Shown in pieces: positions 62,222 through 64,000 of a stretch of 64,000 nucleotides of DNA; within the stretch, counting starts at the first letter, position 1, and every line of letters starts with the position of its first letter. Source of the DNA: Fistulifera solaris. Lineage: Eukaryota. The stretch is from the NCBI GenBank assembly GCA_030295235.1, contig AP026164.1, positions 186,001 through 250,000 on the forward strand, in the 5' to 3' direction. The notes beneath the pieces are model-generated. The model worked only from the letters and a program-made list of their open reading frames with translations, did not search any database and was not told where the DNA came from. The translations under genes were made by a program, and so were the position numbers.

Positions 62222-63270
62222 CTACGCTGTTGTAGGATCACCACGCTTGTCACCGTCCCAGTGATAAAAGCCTTTACCCGTCTTTCGACCCAGATTGCCT
62301 GCATCCACCATAATTTTCAAACACTTGGGAATAACAAACGCGGATTCATTTGGATACTTTTCGACCCAACCTTTGGCAATGTAATAACAAGTATCCAATC
62401 CAATGTAGTCCGCCAGATGCAAAGGACCCATGGGATGCCCTGCCCCCAGTTGCATCGAGATGTCGATATCCTTGATCGAGGCATCGGTTCGATCCATCAT
62501 CAGCATTGCCTGCAGTAGTGCTGGCACCAAAAGACGATTCACAATGAATCCTGTCAAATTGATGTGAACGGCGGCTTCTTAAGAAAGGATACGCAAAGAG
62601 AAAGAGTTGTACAGACAGAAAACGTACCTGGTGTGTCTCCACAAGAAACCGCCACCTTGCCAATATCACCCACCCAATTGTATGCCTTTTCAAAGACAGC
62701 TGGATCTGTTTGTTTCGTTCGAATGACTTCTACCAGTTTCATGATTTGCACTGGATTAAAAAAGTGAACACCGACAAAGTTCTGCGGTCGTCCCGAAAAC
62801 TGCGCCATTTCTGTAATGGACAGAGACGACGTATTCGACGCAAAGATCGTTTCCGGCTTGCAAGTTTCTCCTAGATTCGTGTAAAGACTTTGTTTGAGAT
62901 CCATATTCTCAATGACAGCTTCCAAAATAAAATCTGTATCCGCCAAAAGTGCCATATCAGTGGTGAAGGTGATGCTTTGCAAAGCCTTATCGGCGTCTTC
63001 TTGTGACATCTTTCCCTTCGAAACCAGCTTGCCGATCGAACCTTGAATGCGTGCTTTACCACTGTCGAGATACTTCTGTTCCTGTTCAAATGCAATCACC
63101 TGAGAGTGTACACCGGAAGTAGCGGCCACCTGCGCGATGCCGTGACCCATCAAACCCAACCCAATCACACCGACTTTGTCAAATGCCACCGCAGTCGTCG
63201 CTGAGTACTGTCGGCCAGTCGTCTTGGCGATCCGAAAGAGAGTTCTAGTTATAGTGGAATGATTCAACAT
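62222..63270 (-). CDS. 3-hydroxyacyl-CoA (3-hydroxybutyryl-CoA) dehydrogenase, mitochondrial; intron 62551..62627
   Basis: VIGLGLMGHGIAQ, EAVIEN, ASNTSSLSI, GVHFFNPV, spliced DTPGFIVNRLL, GAGHPMGPLHLADYIGLD, LGRKTGKGFY. Confidence 0.96.
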
Positions 63271-64000
63271 GGTGTCTTGTTGTGCTTGAGTAACCTCAGG
63301 ACTTGTTACAAGTATGTGAAAGGGGAAGGCGAACAGTTTCGTGAAGACGATGTCAAAGGAACGCAATAAAAGAACGCGAAGTATCTTTCGATGGCTCATG
63401 GTATCACGAGCTCGTAATAGGTCATTTGAAGCCGGTACGACGCATCGTCACGGAAAGTTGACCTGCAAATATCCGGGTATCCCCTTACGAGATGCCACGT
63501 GAAATCTACTTACAAGTACGTAGACAATTTATGCGTCAAAACAGTCATGATAATTGAGTGTAGAGATCATTTGTTTCGTGTCGATTATTGTTAAGTGGTA
63601 CGCATCATCCACGTTGGTGATTACTATGATGGCTCTGGTGCAGGGTAGACCCACGAAGTGATTGATGTCGCAAATAGCCCATATTCATTCGGGTACCCCT
63701 ACATCAATACGACATTCGACGCCTTGCACCTTTCGCAGCTTTACGGTTTGAACTCAATTTAATACCGAATATTAAGCCTGAATATGACTTGTTTGCGTTG
63801 GTTGTGTTTAAAATGGTGACATTGGTGCAAACGAAAGCCGAAAATGGAGGAGGTCAAAACTCCACTATATCCGGGTTTCACTACGTCGAAAAAAAACGGA
63901 CGAGGAAAGACCACCGTCACTTTCCATTCATTTTCATTTTATTCGCAATTTTGAATGAAACAGCACTTGCTGGTTTGTTGATAGATACATTCGAATCACA

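Noticed and set aside
20708..63270. Biosynthetic gene cluster (cimA, BCAT, three oxygenases, HADH, MFS)
   Set aside because: The genes are spread over 40 kb among housekeeping genes, target different compartments, and lack a scaffold synthase.
63560..63760. Minus-strand coding-like fragment (VQGVECRIDVGVPE*)
   Set aside because: Short, interrupted and unidentifiable.

Overview
Gene-dense eukaryotic nuclear DNA, most likely from a pennate diatom or other photosynthetic stramenopile. It has short (about 65-90 nt) GT-AG introns, several bipartite plastid-targeting leaders (signal peptide plus ASAF-like motif) and families typical of diatoms. I can support about 28 protein-coding loci and one tRNA-Leu(UAA). 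Recognisable genes include RPL11, citramalate synthase, RsmH, aspartate carbamoyltransferase, BCAT, 3-hydroxyacyl-CoA dehydrogenase, a MOT2/MFSD5 transporter, a TPP-carrier-like protein, a PPR protein and three different 2OG-Fe(II) oxygenases. Many intact genes are split by single-base frameshifts, mostly at homopolymers, which looks like unpolished long-read assembly error. Highlights: (1) a roughly 6.6 kb gene with a UIM-GAT-ARM-LRR-CHAT(caspase-like)-STAND/NB-ARC architecture, a candidate ubiquitin-sensing, caspase-armed inverted NLR-like protein; (2) a roughly 5.2 kb block of decayed genes (PTEN/C2-formin, Zn-ADH) bracketed by a near-identical direct duplication of the cimA 3' end; (3) two over-represented palindromic intergenic motifs (TACCWGGTA and GACTG-N5-CAGTC); (4) a possibly plastid-targeted NYN-LOTUS-like-SAP RNase and a 2OG-oxygenase/beta-repeat fusion. 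All calls come from motif recognition by eye; no database searches were run.
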